Assembly: GCA_951406725.2 (NCBI GenBank)
Contig: OX597814.1
Location: forward strand, 135,966,001-136,030,000
Length of the DNA: 64,000 bases
Origin: Octopus vulgaris
Lineage: Eukaryota
Direction: 5' to 3'
How positions within the stretch are numbered: position 1 is the first letter of the stretch; each line of letters opens with the position of its first letter. The position numbers and the translations under genes are program-made. Positions 1-14,185 of this stretch are shown piece by piece. Under the pieces are notes generated by a model that saw nothing but the letters and a program-made list of their open reading frames with translations, was not told where the DNA came from and made no database searches.

Positions 1-2092
1 TGTGATGTCACTGGTGCCAAGCTGTGTCAGCCTTTGCTTTTCGTTTGGATAACATTGATGATGTAGAGAGGGGAAGCTGGTATACATGGGTGATTGCTGG
101 TCTTCCATAAACAACCTTGTCCAAACTTGTGCCTCGGAGGGTAACTTTCTAGGTGCAATCCCATGGTCATTCATGATTGAAGGGGGTCTTTTTTTAAATA
201 GGGCCATTTTAAGTATCAAATGGCAAGGAGGGTCCACCTGAGTAAAATAGGTCCTGAGATAAAAAAAAATGGCCGAGAAACAGTTGCACAGTTACCCCAT
301 ATACATTCTGAAATCCATTGTCTTAAAAAAAGAAAAATTAGATTTAACAATCTAGTAGGAGTTAACCACAATAAACTACAAAATACCATTAATTCCAGAA
401 AATAGAGTATTACACTGTTGTTCCATTCTCCCAAATCACCTGGAGCCAGTGGTTGTTTGCTCTGTTAGAAATACCTTCTTCAAAGCCAAACTTCCTGAAA
501 TCCAAACCCTTGACATTAAAAAAAAAAAAAAAGCAACATCTTAAATAATCTAGAACTAGGGTACATTGATATACTGTGTCTGAAGGAATAGTCACAGCTG
601 GAGTGCCTTTGACTATAATTCTGCTTGATTAGGGTTAACTTGGGATGAAGCACCTCAGCACTTAGAAATCCAACCCATAAATGACACTAACTTTTGTAAT
701 CTCTACAAAATGCTTGGTTTTATATTCTGATGACTTCTTATTTTATTTGATAAAGCATAAATCATCCTCTTTCAGAACTCATAACTTGCTGGTCATTATT
801 ATTGGAACAGTGCTACTCTATGGTTTGAACTTTTAGATAACTGTACTGATGTTGAGTAACTGGAGAAATAATTTGGTAAGGTCATTCTCAATGAAATGTC
901 TAAGATATGGGTCAGCAATTTTTTGTTAAAGGTGTGGCTGAGTGGTCAGTTCTCAATCATGTGGTCTTGGGTTCAGTCCCATTACATAACACTTTTGGAA
1001 AGTGGTTTCTACTATAGCCCTGGAACAACCAAAGCCTTGTGCATGGATTTGGTAGATGGAAATGGAAAGAAAGGCCTGTTTTGTGTGTGTGTATACATAT
1101 ACATACATACATACATATTTAATTTTTCCCTCCACCTTACCCTTGCCTGCTTCTCCTCCTCTTTTCATCTCTCTCTCTCTCCCTCTCTCTCTCTCTCTCA
1201 TTACTACTTTCCTGTCTACATACGCAAGCTCATATCTTTGTCTCAATTGTTGCTAATTGCTCAGATAGAGAATGTGTAAAACTGTTGTTTTTACTCTTTT
1301 TCTTTACAGCCATATTACCCTTGTCGCCTTACTGGCACCTGTGCCGGTGGCATGTGTAAAAAGATTCAAGCGAGGTCATTGCCAGTACCGCCTGACTGGC
1401 TCCCATGCTGGTGGCATGTAAAAAGCACCCACTACACTCTCAGAGTGGTTGGTATTAGGAAGGGCATCCAGCTGTAGAAACTCTGCCAGATCAAGATTGG
1501 GGCCTGGTGCAGCCATCTAGTTTGCCAGCCCTCAGTCAAAATCGTCCAACCCATGCTAGCATGGAAAGTGGACGTTAAATGATGATGATGATATAAATAT
1601 ATATATATATATATATGTGTATGTGTGTGTTTGTGTATTTTCTAGTCTAAGTATCATGTGATGGTTGTAAATGATGATGATCATTATCTTCATACAAGTG
1701 ATGTGGTTCATTTCTAGCCTTTTCTGAAAAACATGTCTATCTGTGGGAAATTATTTCCTTACTTGGAAACAGATGAGAGTTGGTGACAGGAAGGACACCA
1801 GGCTGTAGAAAATCTGCCTCCTGCAAGTATAGAAAAGTGGATGTTAAATGATTTGCACATATCATATACCTTACATATATTAATATGTCTGCGTATCCCA
1901 CCCATTTCCCTCTGTGGCAATGCCCATATAAATAACAAACAAAAAGAAAAAATGGCACATTAGACTACAAGTCATCTGCTGCTCAATGATGCAGAAATAA
2001 AACTGTTTTGAAAATTCTTTTTGAAAAGGTCCAAGGACCTGTTACTGACCTTATATTGGACCAAGCAAAACCCTTCTAGGCTACACCAGTAA

Positions 2093-2300
2093 TTTAACCA
2101 TTCATCTTTCAGATTACTTTGTCAAATATAATGCTTATTTATTCACTTTGCTTTGAATTAATCATGCATTATCTTGTAGCTTTGAGATTTTGATGATGTG
2201 ATTGTTCATTTTTAGATGATGAGAGGCCAAATTTAGCCATTTTGACCACAAAACAGAATATTTTGCTCAGATATGGTCAGTTTAAATGCTAAAGAGTTAA
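2093..2300. mobile_element. TTAA-ended MITE-like repeat; inverted second copy at about 7749-7935
   Basis: Ends atatggtcagtttaaatgctaaagagTTAA. Its reverse complement matches ttaaccttttagtgtttaaactgaccatat at 7749 and continues internally. Confidence 0.55.
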
Positions 2301-5300
2301 TAGTTGTTGTTTACTGGTGCTGGTGTTTTATTAGCTACCAAGTGTGACTTTATTGTTATTGACTTAGGCAAAAATGCATACAATTTTATCTCAAGGTGAT
2401 AATTATCTTAAGTAGTGGAAGAAGGGAGGATGTATTATATCTCTAAAATGATTTTTTCTAATTACCTACTATCACACCTGCTTACTGACATGTCTTATTT
2501 CATTGAAATGATAAACAAGCTTTACACTTCCATCAAAATATAGTTTGTATAGAATAGTATTTTATTACCAAACCGCCATATCTAGTCATTTATAATTATA
2601 ATTTGAACTGGTATTTAAATTTAGACATAGTTAATCTATGCAATCATGAAGGGAAAAATGGGTATAAATGTAAAAAGAAAAAAAACCCCTCAAAACTGGC
2701 TGTCTTTTTTTCTAAGACTGCTAGTTCAGTTGATAATAGAGGATATTTTTTTTATTTTAGAAAGTGAATAGTTAGTACTACTGATGAATAATAAAAACTT
2801 GGCAGACTTTCATTTACTTAATGTAAATTGAATGTCAGTAATAAGAATTACAATATTCAGCTTGTAGTTCCAGGTTCTTTTTAATCAAGTAAATTTGTTT
2901 TAATATCTTAAATTTTATTAATACTGCATAATATATTTCTTTTCATTCATATTATCTTCTTAACCTTTATTATTCTGTCAATAACATTTGTGGCAGTTAT
3001 CATCTGTACGTCAGAACATTTTCAAACATGCTCAGATTCTTTCCTCAACTGAAAATCTTGTTCATCCTTCAGTTGATTCATAATTGGATATGTATAATTC
3101 TTTATTATTACCAGTGGTTTAATGCATGAATACAGTTTGTATTCAGAATCCTATAATCCATCCTATATCTAACAAGATTGCGAAATATTGCAAAGCTTCG
3201 GTAGGTCAGTATTGATTAGAAGATATTTAAATGTCTTATTGATATTGCTTCCGTTGCTGTTACAAAACTTCTTTTTAAAGATTCTACATTACTTCATGTT
3301 ACATTATTTCCAAGCAGTATGATGATAAGACATTCACTTGTCATGCTTTAAGATATTGAAGTAACCACCCACTGGAAAATCTTAAGCTTTTTCAGAAGAG
3401 GTCTTGAAACATTTCACCAAACTTTTAGCAAAGACTTGTGGGTCTATTGAATGAGTAAGAGTTATGTGATATGAATTGAACAATAATTTCTCTGTTTCTT
3501 CACGATGCAGTATGTTACTCCGAATGAATATCTTTGAATGGTCAATGTGTGTATTTACATTTACACATGATTAAAGAAGAAAAAAACACTCATTAAATAG
3601 TGAAGGCTGATTTTGTAAGAGAAATTATAAATTCAAGATATGGGCCAAACTATATTTATTATCATTCCTGTAAGATGCAGGCATGTGCATGCAAGTAAGA
3701 AGCTTGCTTCCTAACCACATGGTTTTTAGGTTCAGTCCCACTGCGTGGCACCTAGGGCAAGTATCTTCTGCTATAGCCTTGGGCCAACCAAAGCCTTGTG
3801 AGTGGATTTGGTAGACAGAAACTGAAAGAAGCCTGTTGTTTATGTGTGTGTGTGTCCCTCCATGATCCAACAAAAGAGATCATTAGAATAAGTACCAGGC
3901 TTGAAAAAAAAAAAATACTGGGGTCAGTTCATTTGACTAAAAGTTCTTCAATGCAGTGCCCCAGCATGGCTGCAGTCTAATGACTGAAACAAGATAAAAG
4001 ATATGTTCTGAGTTCAATTACCACCAAAGTTTCCTTTGCCTTCCATCGCATCCTGGGGTTGGTTGAATAAATGATAGGTATGTATTATGTTGATTGAATT
4101 TGTCACACCCCTCTCCTGAGAATATATGTTTCTCTTCAAATGTCGGGAATAATTAAGTTACATAAACCATATTGAATCCCACCTACCCTTTTTAAAGAGA
4201 GTTTAATAAATGTTTTACAAAAACTGTTTTCTATCTAAAGTTAGCAAGCAAATAAGATGGACTCGTGATGTTGCATTTTGCCTTTGATTTCACATAAATA
4301 CAGAATGGGTGGAATTATAGTTAACATTATTTAATGATTCATTTCTGTAGTTGGCAATAAATGATTAGTTAGATGAAAATGGCTTTAAATATCAATAAGA
4401 GAAAATTTTAATGGAGAGGCTAAAATTAGATTATTTCATGTTTTAGTTTTTAATAAAAAATTGTGATTTGTTCATAACTTGATTTAATGTTTGAGTCATC
4501 AGTGGAAAATGAAATATTGAAATTTAATATTTTTTCTTTTCATATGAAACATCTGCATGATTTGCTAGCCCATGTTTTGCATCTTAATGACAAACCAACT
4601 AACTATTGAGTTGTCAAATGGATGTGGCCTGTATTTTACAATTAGGCTAAAAGAAAAACTGGAGCCCATAATGCCTAAACACAACTATGTGCTGTTGGGC
4701 TGAGTTAAAAAATCCTTAACTGGATTTATTAATATGAAAATTTTAAAAATTTTGAAAAAGAAGGAGCTATCCTTTCTCTTTTTGAGTTATTCATAAATAA
4801 TTTCTTTTAGATTCTGTTATAATTTTGAATATCAATATTCAGTTGTAAAACTACATTAAGTCTGACCATCTACGTCTCACAGTTAACCTGTATACACCGT
4901 TGACTGATGTCTTTGTCCCATATAAAAGCCTCTTTTAGAAATCCTGTGTTTAAAAACAATATATATTGGAGGGAGATTAAAAACTGTCCCCGCAACTGCT
5001 AATGAGACTACCAGATGCACTTTAGTCTTCTTGGGCCTTGTAATTAGCATGTACTCATAGCCAGACACATGCCTGGACAAGAGTTTCACCTCCAGTATAG
5101 GAATCAGTGAATAATACATTCACTGGTATTGCAAACAGCTGTCGGGTTGAATAAATAATCTGGTGTATGCAATCAAAGCAGTATTAAATTAAAGCAGTTA
5201 TAGCTATATTGGTGCTATACTTAATGTACATACACCACAAAATATATTGGATTGTGGTGAAAAATTGTCCTGGCAGCAGCTATCAAGAACACAAAACATA

Positions 5301-6290
5301 TTTTGGCCTTCTTGGGCCTTCTCAATGATGTGTACTTACAGCTAACCTTGTGTCTAGATATGATTTGTCACCTCTGATATAAGAAACAGGGACAAATATA
5401 TTTGGCATTCTTGCTAACCACTGTCAGGATGGTTTTTCCACCTCCCTCTGATATATGTGTTTTTAAACCCAGCATGTCTACAAGGTGAAGTTGCATGGCT
5501 TGGTGGTTAGAGTATTCAGTTCATGATCTTAAGGTTGTGAGTTTGATTTCCAGCAGCATGTTATGTCCTTGAGCAAAACACTCTATTTCATGTTGTTCCA
5601 GTCTACTCAGTTGGCAAAAATGAGTAGAACATTCATTTCAAAGGGGCTAGCTTTGTCACATTCTTTGCTATGTTGAATCTCCTGAGAACTGTGTTAAGGT
5701 TACGCGTATCTGTGGAGTGCTCAGCCACTTGCATGTTAATTTCACTGTTCCATTGGTCGGATCAACTGGAACCTTCGTCATTGTTACTGATGGAATGCCA
5801 GTCTATGTCTATAAGAAATTTTGTCTTGGACAAAAACCACTGTAACTTGCCTGTCATTAAGTATGATACATAAATGGCTACTTTAATGTAATTCTGTGAG
5901 TATATGCTGTTAACAAAATCCAAGAAGGCTGAAATTCACACTATGTTCTCATTAGCTGGTGTTGGGATGGTTTTTCATCTTTCTCCATGATATACATTGT
6001 GTTTTTAAACGGGATGGAAACTACAGTAGCTTACCTATTGCTGGTGTATATACATTAAATATTGAGAGCAATTTGGCTGCTATCTCTAGCATGTTGAACA
6101 ACTAGTTAGAATCTTCTTTATTGGCTTGAGATTGTATAGGAGAGACAAGCTGGACTCACAGATGATGTAGTACATGGTTTAACTAGAAGTACATAAAGGA
6201 AAATGTGGGATGAACTAAGATGCAGCTTTGAAAAGTAGTCTTTAAAAGCAAGAGTTTGTTGGGGTGTGTTAATATTACAGAACCATATAA

Positions 6291-6506
6291 GGCGGCAAGC
6301 TGGCAGAATTGTTAGCATGCTGGGCAAAATGCTTAACAGTATTTTTGTCCATCTTCATGTTCTGAGTTCAAATTCCACCAAGGTTGACTTTGCCTTTCAT
6401 CCATTTTGGGGTTGATAAAATAAGAACCACTTGAGCACTGGGGTTGATGTATTTGACTTATCCCTCCCCCACAAAATTGCTGGCCTTGTGCCAAAATTTG
6501 AAACCA
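6291..6506 (+). mobile_element. SINE family with Deu/Nin-like core; copies about 16741-16910(-), 16941-17160(-), 24705-24935, 26185-26395(-), 56570-56736, 56787-56995, 63297-63500, 63518-63714
   Basis: Recurrent gttcaaattcc B box followed by gactttgcctttcatcct..ggggt(t/c)gataaa.taagtacc. Family assignment is from recalled similarity. Confidence 0.8.
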
Positions 6507-8191
6507 GTATTACAGACTCATGTCACCAATGATATCCTCAAGAAATAGACATACACCTGGTGATTAAAAAAAAAAAAGATTCTCACAAGGATTTGGGAAG
6601 CAGGTTTTATATAATATATTAAAAAAAAATTTTATTATGCTATGTTGTTAAGACAGTTGTGCATGCTTTACAGTGTAATGCTCCTCTTAATGCTAATTAC
6701 TTAACTGTGAAGTAGAAATTGCACTAATTTTTAGTTAAGATGATTGCCAAGAAAGCAATTGTAATGTGCTGCTTTGCTGTTTATTCCCACTAAACTATGA
6801 TCAAAAGCATTCCAGCTGTGATAATCTTGTATTTTGTTTTCAGAGACAGTAGGAAAATTTGAAGGAGATTTGGCTGATTTATTTAGTTGGCTAGGTGACT
6901 ACATTGTCTTTGTTTCTATCACAGATAGACACAAGGCTATCTCCCTCATTATTATTCCCCTTCTTAGTTGGGGATGCATTTGACTTGCACGTTACTTGGT
7001 GACCTTGCTGGTGCCATGCAAAAAGTGCCCAGTACACTTTGTAAAGTGGTTGGCATTAGTAAAGGTATCCATCTGTGGGAACCATGCCAGAGCAGGCAGT
7101 TGAGCTTGGAGCAGAGGTAGATTGCTACCTTATGTGAAACCATCAAATCCATACAAGCATGGAAAATGAATGATGATGATGATGATGTCCTTTGTTGAAA
7201 GGAAGATTGGAATAATTGCAATCATGCTGCTATGTTGAAATTAATAATCATGGGCTTCTTTGTATCATACCATAGCAATTGTGTTATGCTATTTGAGCAC
7301 AGGGTGCAGATTAACAGATTAATTAACATAATACTTCATGTGAGTAGTTTGAAGAGATCTGGCAGTAAGATCAATTACTCTATCAAGATGTAAATTTCAA
7401 TTACTTCAAAACAATCCATCTACACAAACAAGAAGAAATATTAACCTCACCCTCAAAATTCAGATTTGTTCATGACTTTCAATTAACAATATCATTAATT
7501 CATGACCTTTTTTTAAATTTTTTTTTTTTTAACATAAGCTTTTTATTTCTGGGAAATCCTTTTTATTTCTGAATCATTGAATTTCTGTATAACTTTTGCC
7601 CTTTGACAGCATTTGATCTCAGAATATTACTGAATACCATTTTCAGTTTACTTGATGCTCTAAGGTAGTGTTTCTCAACCATTTTTTATTTCTGGATCCC
7701 TTTGATTCCTGTTTTACTTGGATGTGTCCTCCTCTAGCCATTCGATGTTTAACCTTTTAGTGTTTAAACTGACCATATCAGGCCCAAATATTCTACCTGT
7801 TTTATGTTCTAAGTGACCATATCCAGCCCTTCACACCTACCCGACAATGTCAATCTAAAAACAAACGATTACATCATTGAAATCTCAAAACTACAAGACA
7901 ATGTATGATAAATACAAAGCAATGTGAATAAATAATATTTGATTATACTACCAAATCTTAATCAGTCTTTATATGTGAATATTATCTTGGAAAATTGACC
8001 AACTGACCAGCCATATTTTTTTTTCTTTTAAATATATAGCCTTCCATGAGATTGATATAGTGGCAAAAAGGCTGAATTTATAGAGTACTGAACTCCTTAT
8101 GGCTCTATTCTGAAAGTCATTACAGGTGTTTTATTATTTTTACTTAATGAGATACTTAATTCAATGTGTTTTAGTACACCTTCCTATTAGA

Positions 8192-8515
8192 AATGGCTCA
8201 GTGGTTAGTGTCTGGCTCACAATCATGAGGTAGTAAGTTTGATTCCCAGACCGGTCTGTATTGTGTTCTTGAACGAGACACTTAATTTCACATTGATACA
8301 GTTTATTCAGCAGTAGAAATGAGTTTTGATGTTACTGGGATAAAGCTGTATCAGCTTTTGCCTTTCCCTTGAATAATATCAATGGTGTGGAGAGGGGAGG
8401 ATGGTATGCATGGGTGACTGCTGGTCTTCCATAAACAACCTTGTCCGAACTTGTGTCTCGGAGGGTAACTTTCTAGGTGCAATCCCATGGTCATTCATGA
8501 TCAAAGGGGGTCTTT
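8192..8515 (+). mobile_element. tRNA-derived SINE family A; other copies 1-190 and 24203-24500
   Basis: A box tggctcagtgg, B box gtttgattcc, shared body ctttctaggtgcaatcccatggtcattcatga in three copies. Confidence 0.85.
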
Positions 8516-11026
8516 ATATTTATAAACTCTTAGGTTATGATATTTGTACGATACTAGGACCTTTCCCTGAGGGTTATATACATATATAGTCATAGAACTG
8601 GAGTCTTGGAAACATTTACTATAAATACAAATTGCAGATGAATCTCATATTATGAATATATTTATAAGGTTGATATTGATCTTGGCTATTTAGATTAAAT
8701 ATATATATATATATATATATATTTTAAAATCTAATTATATAACATTTCCGTGAAGGCAATAGTATAGCCAAAATAACTAGATTTTTAGATATGAACTTGT
8801 CCTTGGAAGCTTCATCCCACACATTTGCTGATGTGAAATGACCAAACATACTTATATAGTAGATAATACTGTTGCTATGGCCGGAAATCATCTTCAACTT
8901 GACTGTTATTTCTGTACCAAGCTGGATTAAGCAGTACAGCAGCTATTTTCAACCAATCAATACACTGTCTTACCTGAATTTCAAGTTCTTTATCATGATG
9001 CAGATTATGATATAGTATTAAAGGTTTTGGGCTGAAAGATTTAATCTATTAATGTCGTTTTACTATTTTTTTTTTTTTTTTACATATTTTTTCACCCTAG
9101 CTTCCTTTATTTTCTGTTTTGCCTTCTTTTTTTCTCAGGCTTTCATTTTTTATTTAAATAGATTTGAAACTTATCCAAACAGTTTGTTTCTGATTATTGA
9201 TTAGTTGTTTCATGTAATTATTTGAAGTGGTTAACAAGTCTAACAGGATTAATTTTATATATTATGTTTATGATGATTGTATGTTTTGTGGGTGAATAAC
9301 AAACATTAATAGAATTTACTTTACAGTTAGATGACTGAAATTTTTTTATCTGAAATCAAATGTTTTGATGTTTTTAGTTACTTCTGTGTATTTTTTGTGA
9401 TGAAGTTGTCCTGATAACCGTTTATCTCATATTTTCTCTCTGGCAAAGGACATACTATAAGTAGGTTAGACATTTCTAGAGGAGTGAGTAAATGAGCTTG
9501 GTAGGTGCATATTGAATTGCTATTATTTTCAATTTCATTGGTTCTGATATCTAGTTTGTAGCTGAAGGCTTAATGTGGAAGAAAGTTGTGGTTGATTTTG
9601 AGATTATATAGTGTAAGTTTGTAAAGGAAGATACTTCAGCTACAGAAGGAGAGCTAAGAAAAAGTAATATTTGTTTTGTAGTCTAAATGGTTGATTTCTT
9701 TCTTTTATGTCTTTATATTAAAAAAAAAAATACCATTGCACATTTTAAGCTCCTTGTGTGATTCAGTGATTGTTTAAAATCACTTAATGATTATCTCACT
9801 CAACAAGATAATTAGTAGTTATTAATGTAACTATAACTTCAACAAATTTGAGAATCCACCCTCTCTGTGTTCTATCATGTTTGAACTGCTTAACAGCCTC
9901 TGTTTACACCCACATAACTAAAAAGAGAGAAAGAAAAAAAAGAAACTGTTGTAGATTTTGAATTCCAGCATAAATCAACATAAAGAAAATTTTATGTTGA
10001 TAGTTCTTTTCTTTTGTTGCTGACTATCAGTATAAATAATTAATCTTTTTATAAACCTCTGAGACTCATGAGACTAGTTCTTTAATTCTAGTTTTTGTAC
10101 TGTGAATAGGACAAGTCCAATGCAGGTAACTATGCTAGAAGATCTTAGTACCGATTCATAAACGCTAAGTAAGCTGAGACTTGGAAGAATAAAGTGTCTT
10201 GACAAAGTCACAAAACATTAGAACTCAAATTACTCTGAGCTGGTGGTTGTTGTTTAGCTCCAAGTCAGCTCTGCTAGAGTAGTCATTTGCTCAGAGCCTT
10301 TCAAAGAATGACCCTGTTTTTATCTTCAAGAATAGTGTGCCTCGGATTACATTTTTCAGTGTGTTCATTTTTAAGATGGTAGAGTGCAGTTTGAAGGAAT
10401 TTTGGGTCTTATTTCTGGCAGGTTGAGCAACAGCAGCATGGCTATGTGGTTAAGGAAATCACTTTGCTACTACTTGGTTTTAGGTTCAGTCTTACTGCAT
10501 GGCATTTTGGGCAATACCTTGTGAGTGAATTTGGTCAACAGAAACTATTAGAAAGCCTGGTATATTATATATTTGTAAAATGTGTGTGTGTGTCTTTGTG
10601 TTATGTTTGTTCCCACTTGCCATTTGATAAACCATACTCAAATCCACCTATGTATACATCTATAGAATTATATGTGTGTGAATGTATGAACCAAAGAGGG
10701 AGCTGCCACATAACCTGCTAAAAATAGCAACCAAATCTCCATCTTTAATTTCAATATTTGAGTGTGTGTTATGCATATAAATATATAGATGTGCATATGT
10801 GCATATTATAATGCATGTTGTTTGTGGTTTTAAGTTTTGCTTGATGAAACTTGAAATTTCAAGTCAACACAAATTTTCTAACAAAGTTTGACTTTATTCT
10901 GAGTATTGAGCCCATCTATTAGTAATTGTTCTGTTGTTATTTTAAAACTTGCTTTCAGTTTATAATATTTAATTTCACACACACACATGCACACACCAGT
11001 TACTATTTGACTCCAGTATGTCTCAG

Positions 11027-11725
11027 CCTGATAGAATTAGCTGCCAAAAGTACATAAATCTCACTCTGCATTCTTCATGTATAATCCTATGAGACCAACC
11101 TCTACATTGCAGTTAGATCTGATAGAAATAGTTGCCAAATCTCCCAGCTAATGTCTTCTGTGTATATGTTTTCCTCTGCTTGGAATAGCAAATAAATTTC
11201 TCTTAAGAGATAGCTACTGCTTTGAGTGGATATGGGCCACAGTGTATGTGGTAGCATGATCTGCTTGAAATAGTAGCCAAATCTCCCTCAAATCACACCC
11301 TTCTGTCTTATGTAAGATCTGGTAACAATCTTATCAGGTGCTGATCTAGTATAGAGGCCAAATTTCTTTCACATCACACCCTATTAGCTTATACACACGC
11401 ACACACACACACTCACACACACATATATATATGGACATATGTATAAGCAACAAAAGAGTTGTCTATATTACCGCTACACCTTGTAGAAATAGCATCCAGT
11501 TCTTCAAATCACACTTTACTGTCTTAGCCAATGAGGGTGCTGGTATGGGGTATTTCAAATTGAAAGAAATAACAGCTAAATTTCTCTCAAATAACACCCT
11601 TCTGACTGTATATTTATATGTATGTATGAAGTAACATACAAGATATTACTTGACATATGTTAGCTTGACATATCAGAAAGAGGAGCCAGTTCTCTCACAG
11701 ATCACATCCTTCTGTATTGTGTTGT
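11027..11725 (+). repeat. Degenerate array of about 8 copies of a ~50-bp motif
   Basis: ctg.tagaaatag..gccaaatctc.ctcaaatcacaccct.ctgtctta variants at about 11027, 11119, 11176, 11261, 11341, 11480, 11566, 11675. Confidence 0.7.
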
Positions 11726-13814
11726 TTTGATGCAATACTCGAATACTGTTTGTCATCAATATTGCAATTCTCATCAATATTTAATTGTATTTTCTAGATT
11801 GACATGTTTGATCAGGTTCCTAAATTTTCTCTCTCCAGTTATTCCCCCAACTCACCTTGGTTTAGTCATTGTTCAGATTTTGATTTTCTTTTTAGCTTAC
11901 AATATTCTAACAGTATTTCATTTGAGTTATGGCCATGTGGTTATGAAGCTTGCTTTCCAACCATGCGCTTTCAGGTTCAGTACCGTTGCACAGCACTTTG
12001 AATAAGTGTCTTCTGCTAGAGCTCTGGGCTGACCAATGACTTGAGTGGATTTGATAGACAGAAACTGAAAGAAACCCATCATATATACTATAATCACCAT
12101 CAACATTTAACGTCTGTTTTCCATGCTGGGATGGGTTGGATGGCTTGACAGGAACTGGCAAGGCCAAGGGCCTCACTATGTTCTGTAGTTTGTTTTGGTT
12201 TGGTTTCTACAGCTGGATGCCCTTCCTAATGCCAACCACTTTACAAAGTGTATCGGGTACTTTTTTATGTGGCATCATCACCAGTACCAATCCTTTTTAT
12301 GTGGTTTTAGAATCTCAATACCATTGTGGTGGTGGGTCTTCTTGCATCACATATCTCAGTCCTCTTTCATCTCTTTCATAAAGCTCAGCATAATGAGATC
12401 AGCCTTCAATATATATATATATATATATATAAACTAATGTCGCCGTCTCACAAGCAATGTCATTTGTTTCCAGTCTTTTGGAAACTTGTGAGATTTGGCA
12501 ATAGGAAGGGCATCCAGTTGTAGAAAATCTGCTTCATTGAATTTAGTCTGATCCACATAAGTATGGAAAAATGGACGTTAAAACTATGATGCTGCTGATG
12601 ATGATTCTCATCTTATTTTAGTGAAAATATAATTGTTTCTCTTGACATTTGAAAGACTTGAAAATTTGACTCAGACATTCACTGGTAAATTTCTGTTTTT
12701 AGACTGGTCATATGGGATTAGTTTCTTTACTGGCATAGCGAAAGCATTGTCTACTATCTTCTAATATTATTAATTCTTTTGGGAATGACATGCAACCTAA
12801 CTTCTCATTGTCTTAAAAACTATTTGTCAGTTATATCTTTCATCAAGAAGCAAGTTCGTTTCATTAAGAACAAAACAAATTCTGTTTATTTGATGAAAAT
12901 CCAAACCTGGTTGTTCTACTTTGTTATTATCGTATTTGTGTATCCAATATAGTATACTAGTTTTGATCAATAGGATCTATATATCATGTAAAGAATGCTA
13001 AGTAATAATTGATTGTTGAGCTTTCTTGCTGTTAGTTTACTGGTAGGCCTTGTCTGCTATAGTTCTAGATTTTTATTTTTTCAATAACTGCCTTAAACAT
13101 TCTGAATTAAATTCTTTCATTTCTATAGTAAACTCATAACTTGAGTAAAGCTTTCTTGATTACTTGAAGATAACACATAACTTTTTATTATTACTTTTTT
13201 ACTAAAGATAATTTCTTACAGAAACTGTAAGACCATGTAATGTTTTGGACCACATCTGGTTTTAATATTTCATAACATGACATATACATTGTTCCAGTGT
13301 ATTTATCTTACTAAAAAGACTTCACATAATTTATCATGAATTCAATTCATCCTATTCTTTCCAAGTTTCTGCTGCTTGATCTGTCATAACTATATAACAT
13401 ATACTTCTCATGTATTACATACATTGTTGAGCGTTAATAACTTTGCTTTACGATCAGTAGGTATTATGTTCCACTGTGTAGCATCCTAAGCAAGTGTCTT
13501 TTACTGTAGCCTTGGGTCAACCTAAACTTTGCGAGTGAAATTGGCAGCTAGATTGAAACTGCATGAAAGCTTTGTCACGAAGTGTCATTGATTTGGTTTG
13601 AGAATTACATTAAGGGTTCACATGTCATAGAATATTCAGTCATATAGGTGTTAATTTAATGTGTAGATAGTTTTTCAACTGATGGAACAACTGATTGTTA
13701 AAAACTTATGATGGCATCATCATCATTACATAAGTGAAAATGACTTGTTAGCAGTCCTTGACCAGTATGTCCAGATCAAAATTATTGATAAATGTACACT
13801 TTTCTATCAATAGA

Positions 13815-14185
13815 TTTTCCATCCATTCACCTTCTCTGCTCACTACTCTTGAGAGAGTCAATGGGTTAGAGCCCTCCGGACCCTCTTCCATAGGAGGAGT
13901 TGCTAAGGAAGTGTAATAATGGTTATTCTGTTAAAAGTAACTGTCATTAGATTTCCTGCCTAGATTCCCAAGCATGACCAATTGAGATTATGGATATAAT
14001 CTAACCATCTCATTCTTGGTCTACCCTTAAGTCTCCTGCCAGTTGGCTCAGCTTGCAGAATCTTGCAGTTCTTTCCTTCAGCATTCTTATCACATGTCTG
14101 TAGTGCTGGAGCTATGACCTCTCAATGTGGACAAGTAACAGTCCGACCTGGAGAGACTCTCTGATCTCCAAACCCTGCAGGATTG
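13815..14185 (-). mobile_element. Decayed RTE-type LINE 3' end; second copy at about 38905-39205
   Basis: Minus strand gives HIERS.LQ.YRHVIRM and AEPTGRRLKGRPRMRW, with (CCAT)n remnants at the tail. Confidence 0.6.

Noticed and set aside
8192-8265. tRNA gene (A and B boxes)
   Set aside because: No complete cloverleaf; continues into a repeated SINE body. The same applies to the other SINE heads.
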